Of a DNA stretch of 63,733 nt, positions 54,676-63,733 are shown piece by piece. The stretch comes from a virus (lineage: Duplodnaviria > Caudoviricetes): positions 1 through 63,733 of the IMG/VR virus record IMGVR_UViG_3300032722_000019; one strand, 5' to 3'. Below the pieces are notes generated by a model. The model was not told the origin of the DNA. It made no database searches and saw only the letters and a program-made list of their open reading frames with translations. Each line of letters begins with the position of its first letter. The first letter of the stretch is position 1. Made by a program: the position numbers and the translations under genes.

Positions 54676-55419
54676 TCAGTTGTCCATGAGGATGGTCCAG
54701 AAATCGGACCCGTGCTTCTCCAGGTAGCCGCGGGGGAGTTTGCAGTAGCCCCGGCGGCCCAGGGAGTCCCGGCAGCCCCACTGGCTGCCCCAGCTGTTGA
54801 GGACCACGTCGTGGTCCGGGGCGTAGCCCGCGAGCAGCATGCAGTGCATGCCCACCTTGGTCTCCAGCGCCCGGGGCATGGGGACCAGCCCGGTCTCGGA
54901 GACCTGGTCGGACTCGAAGGCGGCGAACACCGGCACGCCGATGACCACCGGCCGGCCCAGGAAGATCGTGCTGTTGATCGACGCCCGGTCGGTCCCTACC
55001 CTGCAGTACTCCAGGGCGCGGTGGCGCAGGGCGTCCTGGTAGACCTCCGGGGGCGGGGGCTGGAGCAGGCGGTCGTAGCCCCAGGAGGACTCCAGCGCCG
55101 CCCCGCGGGTGGCCACGGCCTTGATGACGTCCCTGATCTGCCGTCCGCAGTCCCCGGTGTTGCCCTCCAGCACCCCGGCGTCCCAGTAGGGCTGGGAGCG
55201 GGAGAGGACCACGTCGGGCAGGTCGGAGTTGATCAGGTTGTAGCGGATGGCCGCAGTCACTCCGTGGGCCGTGCAGGTGCCGTAGGGGCCCTGGTCCATC
55301 GCGTCGGGCAGCCAGGGGGTCAGGTCGTGCGAGAGCGGCACTATGAGGGGGACCTGCCTCGGTGAGAAGAGGTGGTCCCTGGGGTCGTCCTGGTCTCGAA
55401 CGCATCCGTATCCGCGCAT
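54676..55419 (-). CDS. Papain-like (C1A) cysteine peptidase
   Basis: DQGPYGTCTA (Gln, Cys), GMHCM (His) and NSWG (Asn) motifs. Confidence 0.88.
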   Translation of the reverse strand: MRGYGCVRDQDDPRDHLFSPRQVPLIVPLSHDLTPWLPDAMDQGPYGTCTAHGVTAAIRYNLINSDLPDVVLSRSQPYWDAGVLEGNTGDCGRQIRDVIKAVATRGAALESSWGYDRLLQPPPPEVYQDALRHRALEYCRVGTDRASINSTIFLGRPVVIGVPVFAAFESDQVSETGLVPMPRALETKVGMHCMLLAGYAPDHDVVLNSWGSQWGCRDSLGRRGYCKLPRGYLEKHGSDFWTILMDN

Positions 55420-55589
55420 CAGAACCTCTGTCTCCAGCCTATCAGGTAGTCCTCGCCGTTGAGGCCGGTGCGGGCCGGGTAGGCGCCCGTCAGCGGTCTC
55501 TCCCAGGCGGTCACGCAGCCGCCCAGGGGCAGCGTCAGGAGTGCCAGGAGTGCCAGGCTAAGGAGCCTTGCCGCCAGTGAGCGAGGCAA
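55419..55589 (-). CDS. Small lipoprotein (o-spanin-like candidate), not in the ORF track
   Basis: MPRSLAARLLSLALLALLTLPLGGC lipobox; overlaps holin end; TGATG coupling to peptidase. Confidence 0.55.
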   Translation of the reverse strand: MPRSLAARLLSLALLALLTLPLGGCVTAWERPLTGAYPARTGLNGEDYLIGWRQRF

Positions 55590-55800
55590 TCTGCTTGTCC
55601 TTGGAGCTGGAGCCCGCGCTGGAGCCCAGCCAGTAGTTGACCACGAGCACGAACGCCCCGCCCAGGGTGCCCCCGGCCGTGTTGACCACGTCCTTCATGT
55701 CGGTGGGGACGGGGAAGAAGATGATCCCGATGAGGTAGGCCATGAAGGCCAGGATGACCAGGATGCTGATGGTCACTCGTCCGACGTTCTCCACGTTCAT
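55558..55800 (-). CDS. Holin
   Basis: Two TM helices; YWLGSSAGS..KD motif; follows endolysin. Confidence 0.7.
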   Translation of the reverse strand: MNVENVGRVTISILVILAFMAYLIGIIFFPVPTDMKDVVNTAGGTLGGAFVLVVNYWLGSSAGSSSKDKQIASLTGGKAP

Positions 55801-55810
55801 GCCATTCTCC

Positions 55811-56269
55811 CTACTCAGGCCAGCGGGCCACTAAGACGTCGCCGATGAACTGGTGCTTCTCCCCCATGCGGCGGCTAGTCACCTCGGGCGGATTGCACCA
55901 GTTGTCGAAGGCTGCGGCCGCGCCCTCGTAGTCCCCGGCGTTGAGCGCGCGCAGGATCGAGCAGGGGCCGCCGTGGTCCCCGGCGCGGAGGGCCCACTCG
56001 CCGCAGTTGACGCTGAAGCTGACCAGGGCGTCGTACTGGTCCTGATTGAGCGGGACGGTCACGGACGCGTCCACGGCCGCCTCGAAGCGCCGGACGTCTT
56101 CCTCGAAGGAGGCGTCCACCTGGTCGTTGGTCCAGAAGAGACCCAGGTGGACCTCTGGGCCGGTGTGGCCCACGCCGATGGTGGGGCGGCCGCGGCTGTC
56201 GAGGTACGCCTCGTTCCGGCGGTCCTCCCTGAGCTCTATGAGGGTCCGGCCGCGCGGGCTGGTCCGCAT
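55811..56269 (-). CDS. Endolysin (GH24 lysozyme)
   Basis: E...AYLD...PTIGVGHT catalytic pattern; QYDALVSF.N motif. Confidence 0.9.
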   Translation of the reverse strand: MRTSPRGRTLIELREDRRNEAYLDSRGRPTIGVGHTGPEVHLGLFWTNDQVDASFEEDVRRFEAAVDASVTVPLNQDQYDALVSFSVNCGEWALRAGDHGGPCSILRALNAGDYEGAAAAFDNWCNPPEVTSRRMGEKHQFIGDVLVARWPE

Positions 56270-56694
56270 CAGTTGGCCCGGCCCGGGCTCAGCGGGTAGA
56301 CCCGTTTCTTTATGTCATCCATGTCGTTCTCGAGGTGGTTGATGCGGTCGCCCTGCCCCGCGAAGCGGCCGGTGGCGGTGGCCGACAGGTTGTTGATCTG
56401 GAGCTGCAGGTTGTTGATGCTCCCCTCGGTCCGGCCCCGGAAGTCGATCAGGGTGCTGTTCATCAGGGCCACGCTGCTCTTGATCTCCTGGAGAGCCTTG
56501 CCGTTGTCCTTGCGGTCCTCCTTGTAGGAGGCCCAGACCTCCTGCCCGGCCCAGCCCGCGACGCCAAGAAAGCATGCGCAGACGATCATTGCACCGCTAC
56601 CAGCAAGCTGGAAATAAGCGTTCTCGGCGGCCTCTTTGGCGAATTTGTAGAGGCGGCCCTCCTGCCTCTTCTCGACGACTTCGGCATCACTCAT
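56269..56694 (-). CDS. Membrane protein with coiled coil (lysis-associated)
   Basis: Start ATG 56694; one TM helix then coiled coil; coupled to endolysin. Confidence 0.55.
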   Translation of the reverse strand: MSDAEVVEKRQEGRLYKFAKEAAENAYFQLAGSGAMIVCACFLGVAGWAGQEVWASYKEDRKDNGKALQEIKSSVALMNSTLIDFRGRTEGSINNLQLQINNLSATATGRFAGQGDRINHLENDMDDIKKRVYPLSPGRAN

Positions 56695-56705
56695 AGAAAG
56701 TACTC

Positions 56706-57065
56706 CTACGGGATGTTGACTGCTTCGCTTGGCGCGACGAACGGCTGCCCTGTCGCGAGTGCCGTCGCGAGCGCGACCTGACAGGCGTATCGGAACTGCC
56801 ACGCGCCCTTCGCCATCGCGAGGAACTGCGCCTGCGTCCAGATTTTAGTAGAGCCTGGCGGGTACGAGAACGTGTCGGTGCCGGAGGGAAGCTCGTTGAA
56901 GATCGAGATCGCCGCGACCATGCGGCTCAGGGCGTCGGCCCCGATAGGATCGAGAGATATCGAACCATTGAGCGCGGGCGTACCGGTCGAAGTCAATGTG
57001 ATGCCTGTTGCGAGCACCTGATTGACTTGTGCGATGAGAACGGCAGCAGCGCTGGTGTCTGTCAT
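56706..57065 (-). CDS. Tail fibre assembly/chaperone-like protein
   Basis: Directly follows fibre gene and shares its atypical composition. Confidence 0.5.
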   Translation of the reverse strand: MTDTSAAAVLIAQVNQVLATGITLTSTGTPALNGSISLDPIGADALSRMVAAISIFNELPSGTDTFSYPPGSTKIWTQAQFLAMAKGAWQFRYACQVALATALATGQPFVAPSEAVNIP

Positions 57066-57066
57066 G

Positions 57067-58704
57067 TCAGCGCACTCCCATTACGCTGACGCGGTTTGTG
57101 TCAACGCTACCCGTTGACCAGTTGTACACGAGGAACCGTACCGTGGTCGTGGTGACGGTGTTGGCAGCCCCCGTACTGACGATCCCTGTGTAGTAAGACC
57201 CGGAGGTGCTGCCAACTGCAGAGCCGGCAATGGTGTAATTGGCGTCGGTGATTGCGCTGGTGAACGTGAACGTATAGTCCCCTGTGCCATTTTTCGTAAT
57301 CGACGCGACATTGTAAGAGCCAGATAGACACGTAGGAGAGCCGGCCGTTCCGTCGAACACGCAGCGAAAAACAACCTTGCCGCCTGCTACAGCATTGCTG
57401 GAAGAAGTGTCGGCATAAGCCTGCGTTGAAACGTTCACACCACCTGCGCCCGGCGATCCAGTCGTCGCGGTCGTGCTAGGTGGCAGCGCCGCAGACGCGA
57501 CGACGTGGCCCGAGCCATCGCCCGAGAGAACGCCGGTCGAAGTGCCACCTGAGAGGGCGGTCGTCCCGGAGACGATGGTACCGGCCGCTCCTATCGCCGT
57601 CCAGGTGGTCGAGCCGCTACTGTTGTAGTAGGGAACGCCGCCGCTGTTGTCGAGGTACAACGTGCCCTTGGCCGCACTGAAGGTGGGGGCTCCTATCCCC
57701 CAGCAGTAGCCGTAGACTGACGTGCTGGAGGCGAAGTAGCATTGCGAGGCAGAGCCGCCCGAGGTAGGAGCTGTGCCGCTGAACGCCGTGTGGGCCCCGG
57801 TGCTCGTGAGGCTGGTGAATGCCCCCGTCCCAGGGGTCGTGCCGCCGATTGCGCCCGGGGAGGCGAACGTGGCCCCGTTCAGTTGGGCCGCGTTGACGTT
57901 GGTGATGTTGGAGCCGTTGCCGCTCGCCGGGGTTCCCAGGATGGGGGCCACGAAGGTCTGCTGACCGGTCCAGGTGTTGGCGTGACCCAGGGCCAGCGAG
58001 GCCGTCACCGCGCCGGTCGTCGGAGAGACGGTCAGCGTGCCGTCGCTGTTGGAGACGGACGTGACGTCGGAGGGGTCCGCGGTGAAGGTGTAGGTCCCCG
58101 CGCCGGTCCTCTTGATGAAGCCCGTGCCGCTGAAGCCCGTGATGTTGTCGAGCGCCGTGCCGCTGGGGGAGGCGCTGTTGGTGCCGCCGTTCGCCACGGG
58201 CAGGGTTCCCGAGACGTGCGTGGTGAGCCCGATCTTGCCCCAGGCTGGCGCGACGCCCACGCCTCCGGAGATTAGCGCGTTGCCCGTGGCCACGTCGGCC
58301 AGGCGCGACAGCGCGCTGGTCCCGCTGGCGTAGAGGAGGTCTCCGATGACGTAGGCGGGCAGGCCCGTCCCGCCGCTCGCCGCGGCGAGCGTGCCGCCCA
58401 GGACCACCGCTCCCGTCGTCGCGCTGCTCGGCGTCAAGCCGGTCGCGCCGCCCGAGAACGAGGCCACGGAGCCTCCGGTAGTCGGCACCGCCACGCCCTT
58501 GATGAACAGAGAGTCGAAATTGGCCGAGCCCGCGCCCTTGCACCCGCCCGTGACGCTGCCGGGCAGGGTCAGGCAATAGGCCGCGTCCTTGGGGTAGATG
58601 GCCGAGCCGTTGAGCAGCCAGGGGCCGGGCGGCGGGGAGGGCTGGGCGGCCGCGGTCAGCGGAGCCAGGGCGAGGAGGACGGCGAGGAGGAGCTTCTTGA
58701 GCAT
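57067..58704 (-). CDS. Fibre/receptor-binding-like protein with N-terminal signal-peptide-like sequence
   Basis: Gly/Thr/Ser-rich; GTLPVANGGT repeats; C-terminal SYNVASITKNGTGDY domain; MLKKLLLAVLLALAPLTAAA start. Confidence 0.65.
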   Translation of the reverse strand: MLKKLLLAVLLALAPLTAAAQPSPPPGPWLLNGSAIYPKDAAYCLTLPGSVTGGCKGAGSANFDSLFIKGVAVPTTGGSVASFSGGATGLTPSSATTGAVVLGGTLAAASGGTGLPAYVIGDLLYASGTSALSRLADVATGNALISGGVGVAPAWGKIGLTTHVSGTLPVANGGTNSASPSGTALDNITGFSGTGFIKRTGAGTYTFTADPSDVTSVSNSDGTLTVSPTTGAVTASLALGHANTWTGQQTFVAPILGTPASGNGSNITNVNAAQLNGATFASPGAIGGTTPGTGAFTSLTSTGAHTAFSGTAPTSGGSASQCYFASSTSVYGYCWGIGAPTFSAAKGTLYLDNSGGVPYYNSSGSTTWTAIGAAGTIVSGTTALSGGTSTGVLSGDGSGHVVASAALPPSTTATTGSPGAGGVNVSTQAYADTSSSNAVAGGKVVFRCVFDGTAGSPTCLSGSYNVASITKNGTGDYTFTFTSAITDANYTIAGSAVGSTSGSYYTGIVSTGAANTVTTTTVRFLVYNWSTGSVDTNRVSVMGVR

Positions 58705-58706
58705 GG

Positions 58707-59006
58707 CTACCACTGGACTGCGGTGAAGGGATGATTGAGGTCGGGCGCGACGACCTGGGTGACCGTGCCCTGCCCGGGGATGGCGACGTAGGTGCCGCCG
58801 GGCCAGATCGCGAAGGTGGTCCCGCCCTCTGCCAGCTGCGGCGCGGCCCCGGTAGGGTCTACGTACAGGGGCTCGGTGGCCGTGGAGGGGTTGGTGATCC
58901 AGCCCCCGTTGATGTCCTGGCCCAGGGCGACCACGGGCACGCTGATGGCCCCCGTGGTCAGGTTAGGCCCGGGCGTCGGGATGACTTGGGGTGCCACGGT
59001 GGCCAT
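58707..59006 (-). CDS. Small virion protein, paralogous to wedge N-terminus
   Basis: GGWITNP...LYVD...PGG pattern shared with 60377-61462. Confidence 0.55.
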   Translation of the reverse strand: MATVAPQVIPTPGPNLTTGAISVPVVALGQDINGGWITNPSTATEPLYVDPTGAAPQLAEGGTTFAIWPGGTYVAIPGQGTVTQVVAPDLNHPFTAVQW

Positions 59007-59016
59007 GCGCGGCCTC

Positions 59017-60366
59017 CTAGAGCTTGATGATCAGGTTGAGGCCCAGGGAGGGCGGGATCGGCACGATGGTGGAGGTATGGGTGTGGCCCGAGCCGGCCAC
59101 CGTGATGCCGCCGGCCCCCACGTTGCCGTAGTCGACGCTCTCGGTGCCGCTGACCACGCTGTAGGACTGGCTGCCGCCGCTGCTGCCGAGCACTGGCTCG
59201 AAGCCGATGACCGCCTGCGTGAGGCGCGAGGAGGGCGTCCCGCCCATGTAGTTGTTGCCGTAGACGAAGGCGCCCCGGCCGTCCGGGTACTGGAAGGTGT
59301 TGCTGCCGTCGCCGCAGCCGAAGGGGTTGTAGCGGCAGGTCTGGACGCCGCTCTGGCTGCCCGTGAAGGCGATGGGGGTGCCGTCCTGCGTGGCCGCCAC
59401 CTGGAAGCTGTTGGTGGAGGGGTTCACCACGTAGTAGTTGGTGGCGGTGCTCAGCCCGGTGGGCAGCGTCCCGGTGGTCTCGAAGGAGACCTTGGAGCCG
59501 AGCGGAATGCCGTGGTTCGCCCAGTTGACCACGCCGGGGCTGGCGATGGTCAGCGTGACCGTGGCCGCTGCGGTGATGGCGTTGAACAGGGAGGCCTGGG
59601 ACACCCGGTTGCCGGTCTGCCCGTAGGCGAAGGCCCAGCCGGCGGGGGCGGTGATGGCCGCGGTCCAGACCATGGAGCCCGAGGGAGAGAAGCTGGCGTT
59701 GGCCAGCTGCGCGGGGGTGATGGCGCTCTGCGTGTCGGTGCCGGCGGCGACGGCCGCGGAGGTGGCCGGGGCGGTCCCCTGGTACTCGAAGTGCGTGCCG
59801 TCCCAGATGGTGTCGGTGATGACGCCTGCCCCGACCTCGCCGCCGACGCAGGCCGAGCCGTCCCGGCGGACCAGCGGGGCCGCGCCCCAGCCGGCGTTGA
59901 TGGTGGTGGCCCCGTTGTTGGCGTTGCCGGTGAGGAAGCGGATGGGCGTGCCGGCGGGCGGCGCGGTCCCGATGGCGGGGGTGAAGCCCACCACGTAGGC
60001 GTTGGCCACGCCGGTGTCCACGCCGTAGTTGGTCGACTGCGTCTGGAGCTGGGTCAGCTGGACCAGCGTCTCCAGCTGACCGGCCGTCATCAGGTTCCCG
60101 AAGAGGTCGTTGGCGCTCCAGTTGAGGGCGGTGGTGCCCTCCTGGGCGCGCTGCATGGTGATCTGGTCGCCCGTGACCGCGGTGACCCAGACGATCTCGT
60201 GCAGGAGGCCCGTGGCGGCGTCCGTGAAGGTTCCCACGAAGTACTGCCCCGCCGAGGGCGGGGCGAACAGGATGCCGCTGCCGGAGGCCAGGTTGGCCGT
60301 GGTGGCGGTGTTGGTGATGGACCCCGCGAGGGTGCTCTGGGCGTTGTTGGCGGCGATCAGCTGCAT
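59017..60366 (-). CDS. Tail fibre protein with collar domain
   Basis: ANNAQSTLAG and RAQEGT baseplate-binding N-terminus; APAGW...GDGSNTF.YPD.RG collar motif. Confidence 0.8.
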   Translation of the reverse strand: MQLIAANNAQSTLAGSITNTATTANLASGSGILFAPPSAGQYFVGTFTDAATGLLHEIVWVTAVTGDQITMQRAQEGTTALNWSANDLFGNLMTAGQLETLVQLTQLQTQSTNYGVDTGVANAYVVGFTPAIGTAPPAGTPIRFLTGNANNGATTINAGWGAAPLVRRDGSACVGGEVGAGVITDTIWDGTHFEYQGTAPATSAAVAAGTDTQSAITPAQLANASFSPSGSMVWTAAITAPAGWAFAYGQTGNRVSQASLFNAITAAATVTLTIASPGVVNWANHGIPLGSKVSFETTGTLPTGLSTATNYYVVNPSTNSFQVAATQDGTPIAFTGSQSGVQTCRYNPFGCGDGSNTFQYPDGRGAFVYGNNYMGGTPSSRLTQAVIGFEPVLGSSGGSQSYSVVSGTESVDYGNVGAGGITVAGSGHTHTSTIVPIPPSLGLNLIIKL

Positions 60367-60376
60367 GGGGCTTGCC

Positions 60377-61462
60377 TCAATTCGTGTTCACGATGAACTG
60401 GTACTGGAAAGGGAGCTCGAGCGCGCCGGCCTCCACCGCCGCCTTGAAGATCGGGATGTAGGGCGACGTCGGCAGCGCGATGGACGTGGTGTTGAGCTCG
60501 TTGAAGGCCGAGGTGTTGAAGGCCCCCGTGTTGAAGGTGGCCCCCGACTGCGCGAAGCGGCGCGTCGTCTGCAGGTTGATGTCTATCTGATTGCCCGCGC
60601 CGAAGGTCACGGACACCTGGTAGGTCTGGTCCGTCTGGCCCGGGCCGCCGTCGGTGCCGGTGAGGAACCTCTGGACGCGGCGCTTGAGCCATCGGACGTC
60701 GAAGGTACGGCCGTCCCCGCGCCACAGGTGCCAGGTGAGGACGCGCTTGAACACGTCGTCCGAGGTGACGTAGAAGCTGGCCGGCCCGAGCAGCTTGAAG
60801 TCGTTGAACGGGATGGTGTTGAACGCGGCGGTGTTGAAGGGGCCCAGCATCTTGGACAGGCCGGCCGGCAGCACCGGGCGCTGGATGCCGTAGATGCCGG
60901 CCGCCACCCAGTCCAGCAGCTTGCCGGTGATCAGAGGACCTGTGTAGACGGGCAGGGAGATGTTGGCGAACCAGCCGATGTACGACTGGGCCATCTGGTT
61001 GTAGGCGTCCACGAACGCCTGGAGGTCCTCGTCGTCGTTGTACTGCTGGTAGAGGTAGCTGGGCAGGCCGCCAGTGACCGTGGTGGGGCCGGAGGGCGGG
61101 AAGCTGCCCGCGGCCGGCGGGACGTACCCCGGCGGGGGCTGCACCACGACCCCCGCCACGCGGTGGCCGGCGGAGGCCGCGTTGATGGAAACGCCCAGAC
61201 CCGCGTAGTTGTCCGGTATCCTGAAGCGACCGCCGGGCTGCACCATGACGCAGGTCCCGGTCTGCCCCAGGACCGCGGGGTTCACGCAGTCCACGTAGAG
61301 GGCCTCCGCCGCGGGCAGCCCCTGGGAGGCCGCCGTGGCCGGGTTGACCACGTAGCCTCCCAGGCAGGGGCCGTAGGCCACCGTTACCGGGCGACCCCCC
61401 GTGGTGACCACGGAGTTGACCAGGGGCCAGACCTTGGTCGGGGCGGTGACGAGCCTGACCAC
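60377..61462 (-). CDS. Baseplate wedge subunit (DUF2612-like)
   Basis: Start GTG 61462; SYLYQQYNDD and LLDWVA.GIYG motifs; follows baseplate J. Confidence 0.7.
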   Translation of the reverse strand: MVRLVTAPTKVWPLVNSVVTTGGRPVTVAYGPCLGGYVVNPATAASQGLPAAEALYVDCVNPAVLGQTGTCVMVQPGGRFRIPDNYAGLGVSINAASAGHRVAGVVVQPPPGYVPPAAGSFPPSGPTTVTGGLPSYLYQQYNDDEDLQAFVDAYNQMAQSYIGWFANISLPVYTGPLITGKLLDWVAAGIYGIQRPVLPAGLSKMLGPFNTAAFNTIPFNDFKLLGPASFYVTSDDVFKRVLTWHLWRGDGRTFDVRWLKRRVQRFLTGTDGGPGQTDQTYQVSVTFGAGNQIDINLQTTRRFAQSGATFNTGAFNTSAFNELNTTSIALPTSPYIPIFKAAVEAGALELPFQYQFIVNTN

Positions 61463-63138
61463 TATCCCTGCACCACATTGATGCCGGTCGCCGCCGCCGT
61501 GAAGTAGGACAGCGGGTCGCCCACGATGATCTCGGTGCCTGCGTCGGGCGGGGTGCCCACGCCGTCTATGGAGACCGAGAACACCAGCCTGGTCAGCAGG
61601 TAGGGAGCCAGGATGCTCTCTATGGAGGCCTGGAATACTGCGTTCATCTCCAGGAGGTTGAGCGGCTGGCCGGTCGGCACGCTGTTGACGTAGTCCGCCA
61701 GCGCGGGAGCCGCGGCCTGGGCCACCGCCGTGGTGCTGACGAAGTTCGGCGAGGAGGTGTTCCAGACCACCGTCATGGTAACGTTCTGCGGCGGCGGGCT
61801 CACGTAGGGGATCTGGTAGGTGTCCGGGTAGTCCGTGATGGTGACCAGGACGTTGCGCAGGTTGGGGGTGATTACCCCGCCGCTGACCCAGTCCGAGAGG
61901 CCCGAGGTGTCGTAGTTGGCCGTTCCCGCCAGCACCTGTCCAAACGTCGCGGCGGGGGAGGTCAGGGTGGTGGTCTGGGCCGCCAAGATGGTGGTGCCGG
62001 AGGTGCCTGCGAGGGCCGTGTAGTTCCCGTTGTAGCCGGCGGGGGAGGCCCCCGAGACGGTGAAGGATGAGCCCGGCGTGATGCCGTGCGGGGTCGCCGT
62101 GGTCCCCGTGATTCGACCGCCCGCGGTGCTGGCCCAGGTCAGGTTGGACAGGTTGATGGCGGGGAAGGCCGTGCCTAGGGAGAACGAGGTCTCCGTCGGC
62201 ACCGCCAGGACCACGAAGTTTCCGCTGTACCCGCTGGGGGTGGCGCCCGTGATCTTGACCGCCTGCCCCGGGGAAAAGAGGTGGTTGATGTTGGTGGTCA
62301 CCACGCCGGGGTTGGCCTTGGTGACGCCGATGACCTCCAGCGTGGAGCCCACCAGGTTGGCGATGTCGGGCACCGCCTGGTAGATGGCGTAGGCCACCTG
62401 GTAGGGGTCCCCACCACCGCACACGATCGTCCACTTGCCGGTGGACTGGTCCGCCACCGCCGAGACCAGGCGCGTCTGCACGTTGGGCACGTTGCCGAGC
62501 AGGGTCTTCAGGTAGGAGAGCATCCCCTGGGAGGCCGCCAGCTGGGCCTGGAGCACGCGGGCGCGGTAGGAGGTCTCTGTCTCGGCCCCGGTGCCGGGGG
62601 TGCCGGGCACGCGGTTGGTGAAGGTCAGCGGGAAGCCGCTGGGGACGGAGGTGACCCGCTGGCTGACCGTGCCGGCCGGGACGGACCAGGTGCCCCCCTG
62701 AGTGGCCAGCGCGAACAGCTGCTGGCTCTCTCCGTCCGAGCCGATGACGCCGCCGTCCACCAGCGCGTACTGGAAGGTGCCGTCCGAGACCAGGAAGCCC
62801 TTGCCCAGGACGAAGCCAGGGTTGCCCGTGAAGGTCACCAGCACGCTGGTGTTGCTGCCCAGGCCGATAGGCACCCCCGTCTGCTGCCCCACCTGGGCCA
62901 GGACGAAGGCGTTGGCACCCACGGGGCTGATGCTGTTGATCAGCTCCACCAGGCCCTGGTTGAGCAGGATCAGCGCGCCGGTGTCCGTGGAGGCGATGTC
63001 CTCCGTCAGGGTGCCCGGCAGGTTGAGCGTGGCCTTGGGGTTGATCTTGGCGACCAGCGTGAGCAGCGCTTGCAGCAGGTCCGCCGGGGGCGTGGGGGCC
63101 AGGCCCGCGGGGCCCAGTACGACGGGGAGGTCGGTCAT
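61462..63138 (-). CDS. Baseplate J-like wedge protein with inserted beta-barrel domains
   Basis: NLPGTL.EDIAST and ET...YRARV motifs. Confidence 0.8.
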   Translation of the reverse strand: MTDLPVVLGPAGLAPTPPADLLQALLTLVAKINPKATLNLPGTLTEDIASTDTGALILLNQGLVELINSISPVGANAFVLAQVGQQTGVPIGLGSNTSVLVTFTGNPGFVLGKGFLVSDGTFQYALVDGGVIGSDGESQQLFALATQGGTWSVPAGTVSQRVTSVPSGFPLTFTNRVPGTPGTGAETETSYRARVLQAQLAASQGMLSYLKTLLGNVPNVQTRLVSAVADQSTGKWTIVCGGGDPYQVAYAIYQAVPDIANLVGSTLEVIGVTKANPGVVTTNINHLFSPGQAVKITGATPSGYSGNFVVLAVPTETSFSLGTAFPAINLSNLTWASTAGGRITGTTATPHGITPGSSFTVSGASPAGYNGNYTALAGTSGTTILAAQTTTLTSPAATFGQVLAGTANYDTSGLSDWVSGGVITPNLRNVLVTITDYPDTYQIPYVSPPPQNVTMTVVWNTSSPNFVSTTAVAQAAAPALADYVNSVPTGQPLNLLEMNAVFQASIESILAPYLLTRLVFSVSIDGVGTPPDAGTEIIVGDPLSYFTAAATGINVVQG

Positions 63139-63509
63139 TGGAGGGGTGCCCGCACGTAGATGGGTGGGATCTTGGACCCGTTCTTGGTGATGATCGAGAC
63201 GCCGTAGGTCGGCGTGGGATCCTGCGTCTTGGCGATGGTCAGCGCGGCGAAGTAGGGCGAGAACCGCTGGGCCGCGAGCGTGACGTAGAGGTCTGGAGCG
63301 ACCTGCTGCTGGACGCTGGTCTTGGCCGGGATGCCCCAGTCTCCGTAGAAGGGGGACTCGTTGAGGTTGAGCTTCAGGGCCTGCGCCAGCCAGGTGATGG
63401 TGAGCGCGTCGTTGTTGCCGAGCGCGTCCGTCTCCACCATCTCCCAGGGTCCGAACACCTGCCTCCCCGAGGCGTCGGTGCCGACCACGGGCCTGCCGTA
63501 GATCCTCAC
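63135..63509 (-). CDS. Baseplate/sheath initiator protein
   Basis: Start GTG 63509 (MRIYGR); LNLNESPFYGDWGIPA motif. Confidence 0.65.
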   Translation of the reverse strand: MRIYGRPVVGTDASGRQVFGPWEMVETDALGNNDALTITWLAQALKLNLNESPFYGDWGIPAKTSVQQQVAPDLYVTLAAQRFSPYFAALTIAKTQDPTPTYGVSIITKNGSKIPPIYVRAPLQ

Positions 63510-63538
63510 GAGGGCGGGTCCGGCAGCACGGGCGGATG

Positions 63539-63733
63539 GGGCGGATGATTGTTCACGGTCACCCCCTGCGTGTAGTCGTCTATGACCCAGGCCCCCGGGC
63601 CGGTCTGCGTGATGCGCATGCCGCACCCGCCCACGTCGTAGCTGAAGGACTTCGCGCCGTAGATGATCACGTTACCCTCCTTGTCGATGGCGATCCTGAC
63701 CGTGGAGCCGTTGGGGCCCGGGCCGTTCTCTCC
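63539..63733. repeat. Terminal direct repeat, right copy
   Basis: Matches 1-195 with one mismatch. Confidence 0.95.

Noticed and set aside
1-63733. Prophage or temperate lifestyle
   Set aside because: No integrase, repressor/cro pair, partition genes or flanking host genes were recognised, and the contig closes on itself.

Overview
The window is an apparently complete, circularly permuted, GC-rich tailed-phage genome of about 63,538 bp. Bases 1-195 are repeated at 63539-63733 with one mismatch, and the baseplate spike gene reads across the junction. The minus strand carries a contractile-tail (Bcep781-like myovirus) late region: NusG paralogue, terS/terL, portal, MuF-like protein, Nudix-fused prohead protease/scaffold, capsid, neck, sheath, tube, chaperones, tape measure with a lytic transglycosylase, baseplate, fibres and lysis genes. 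It also carries a primase-helicase block ending at an iteron-rich origin. The plus strand (31.0-53.9 kb) carries early and replication genes, including a thymidine hypermodification cluster (PLP enzyme, amino acid:DNA transferase, split 5-hmdU DNA kinase, dUMP hydroxymethylase, HD nucleotidase), a PolB-type polymerase, Sak4/SSB/exonuclease and an SF1 helicase. No integrase, tRNA or CRISPR array was seen. Promoter style and a GTA-like head protein hint at an alphaproteobacterial host (inference). The most novel-looking signal is a head-region polyprotein made of small modules separated by (K/R)-x-D-A motifs. The same motif peppers the scaffold, and one module resembles a scaffold helix, suggesting a protease-processed capsid cargo system. 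Three structured non-coding regions near the NusG paralogue are also notable. All family assignments come from motif recognition by eye, not from database searches.
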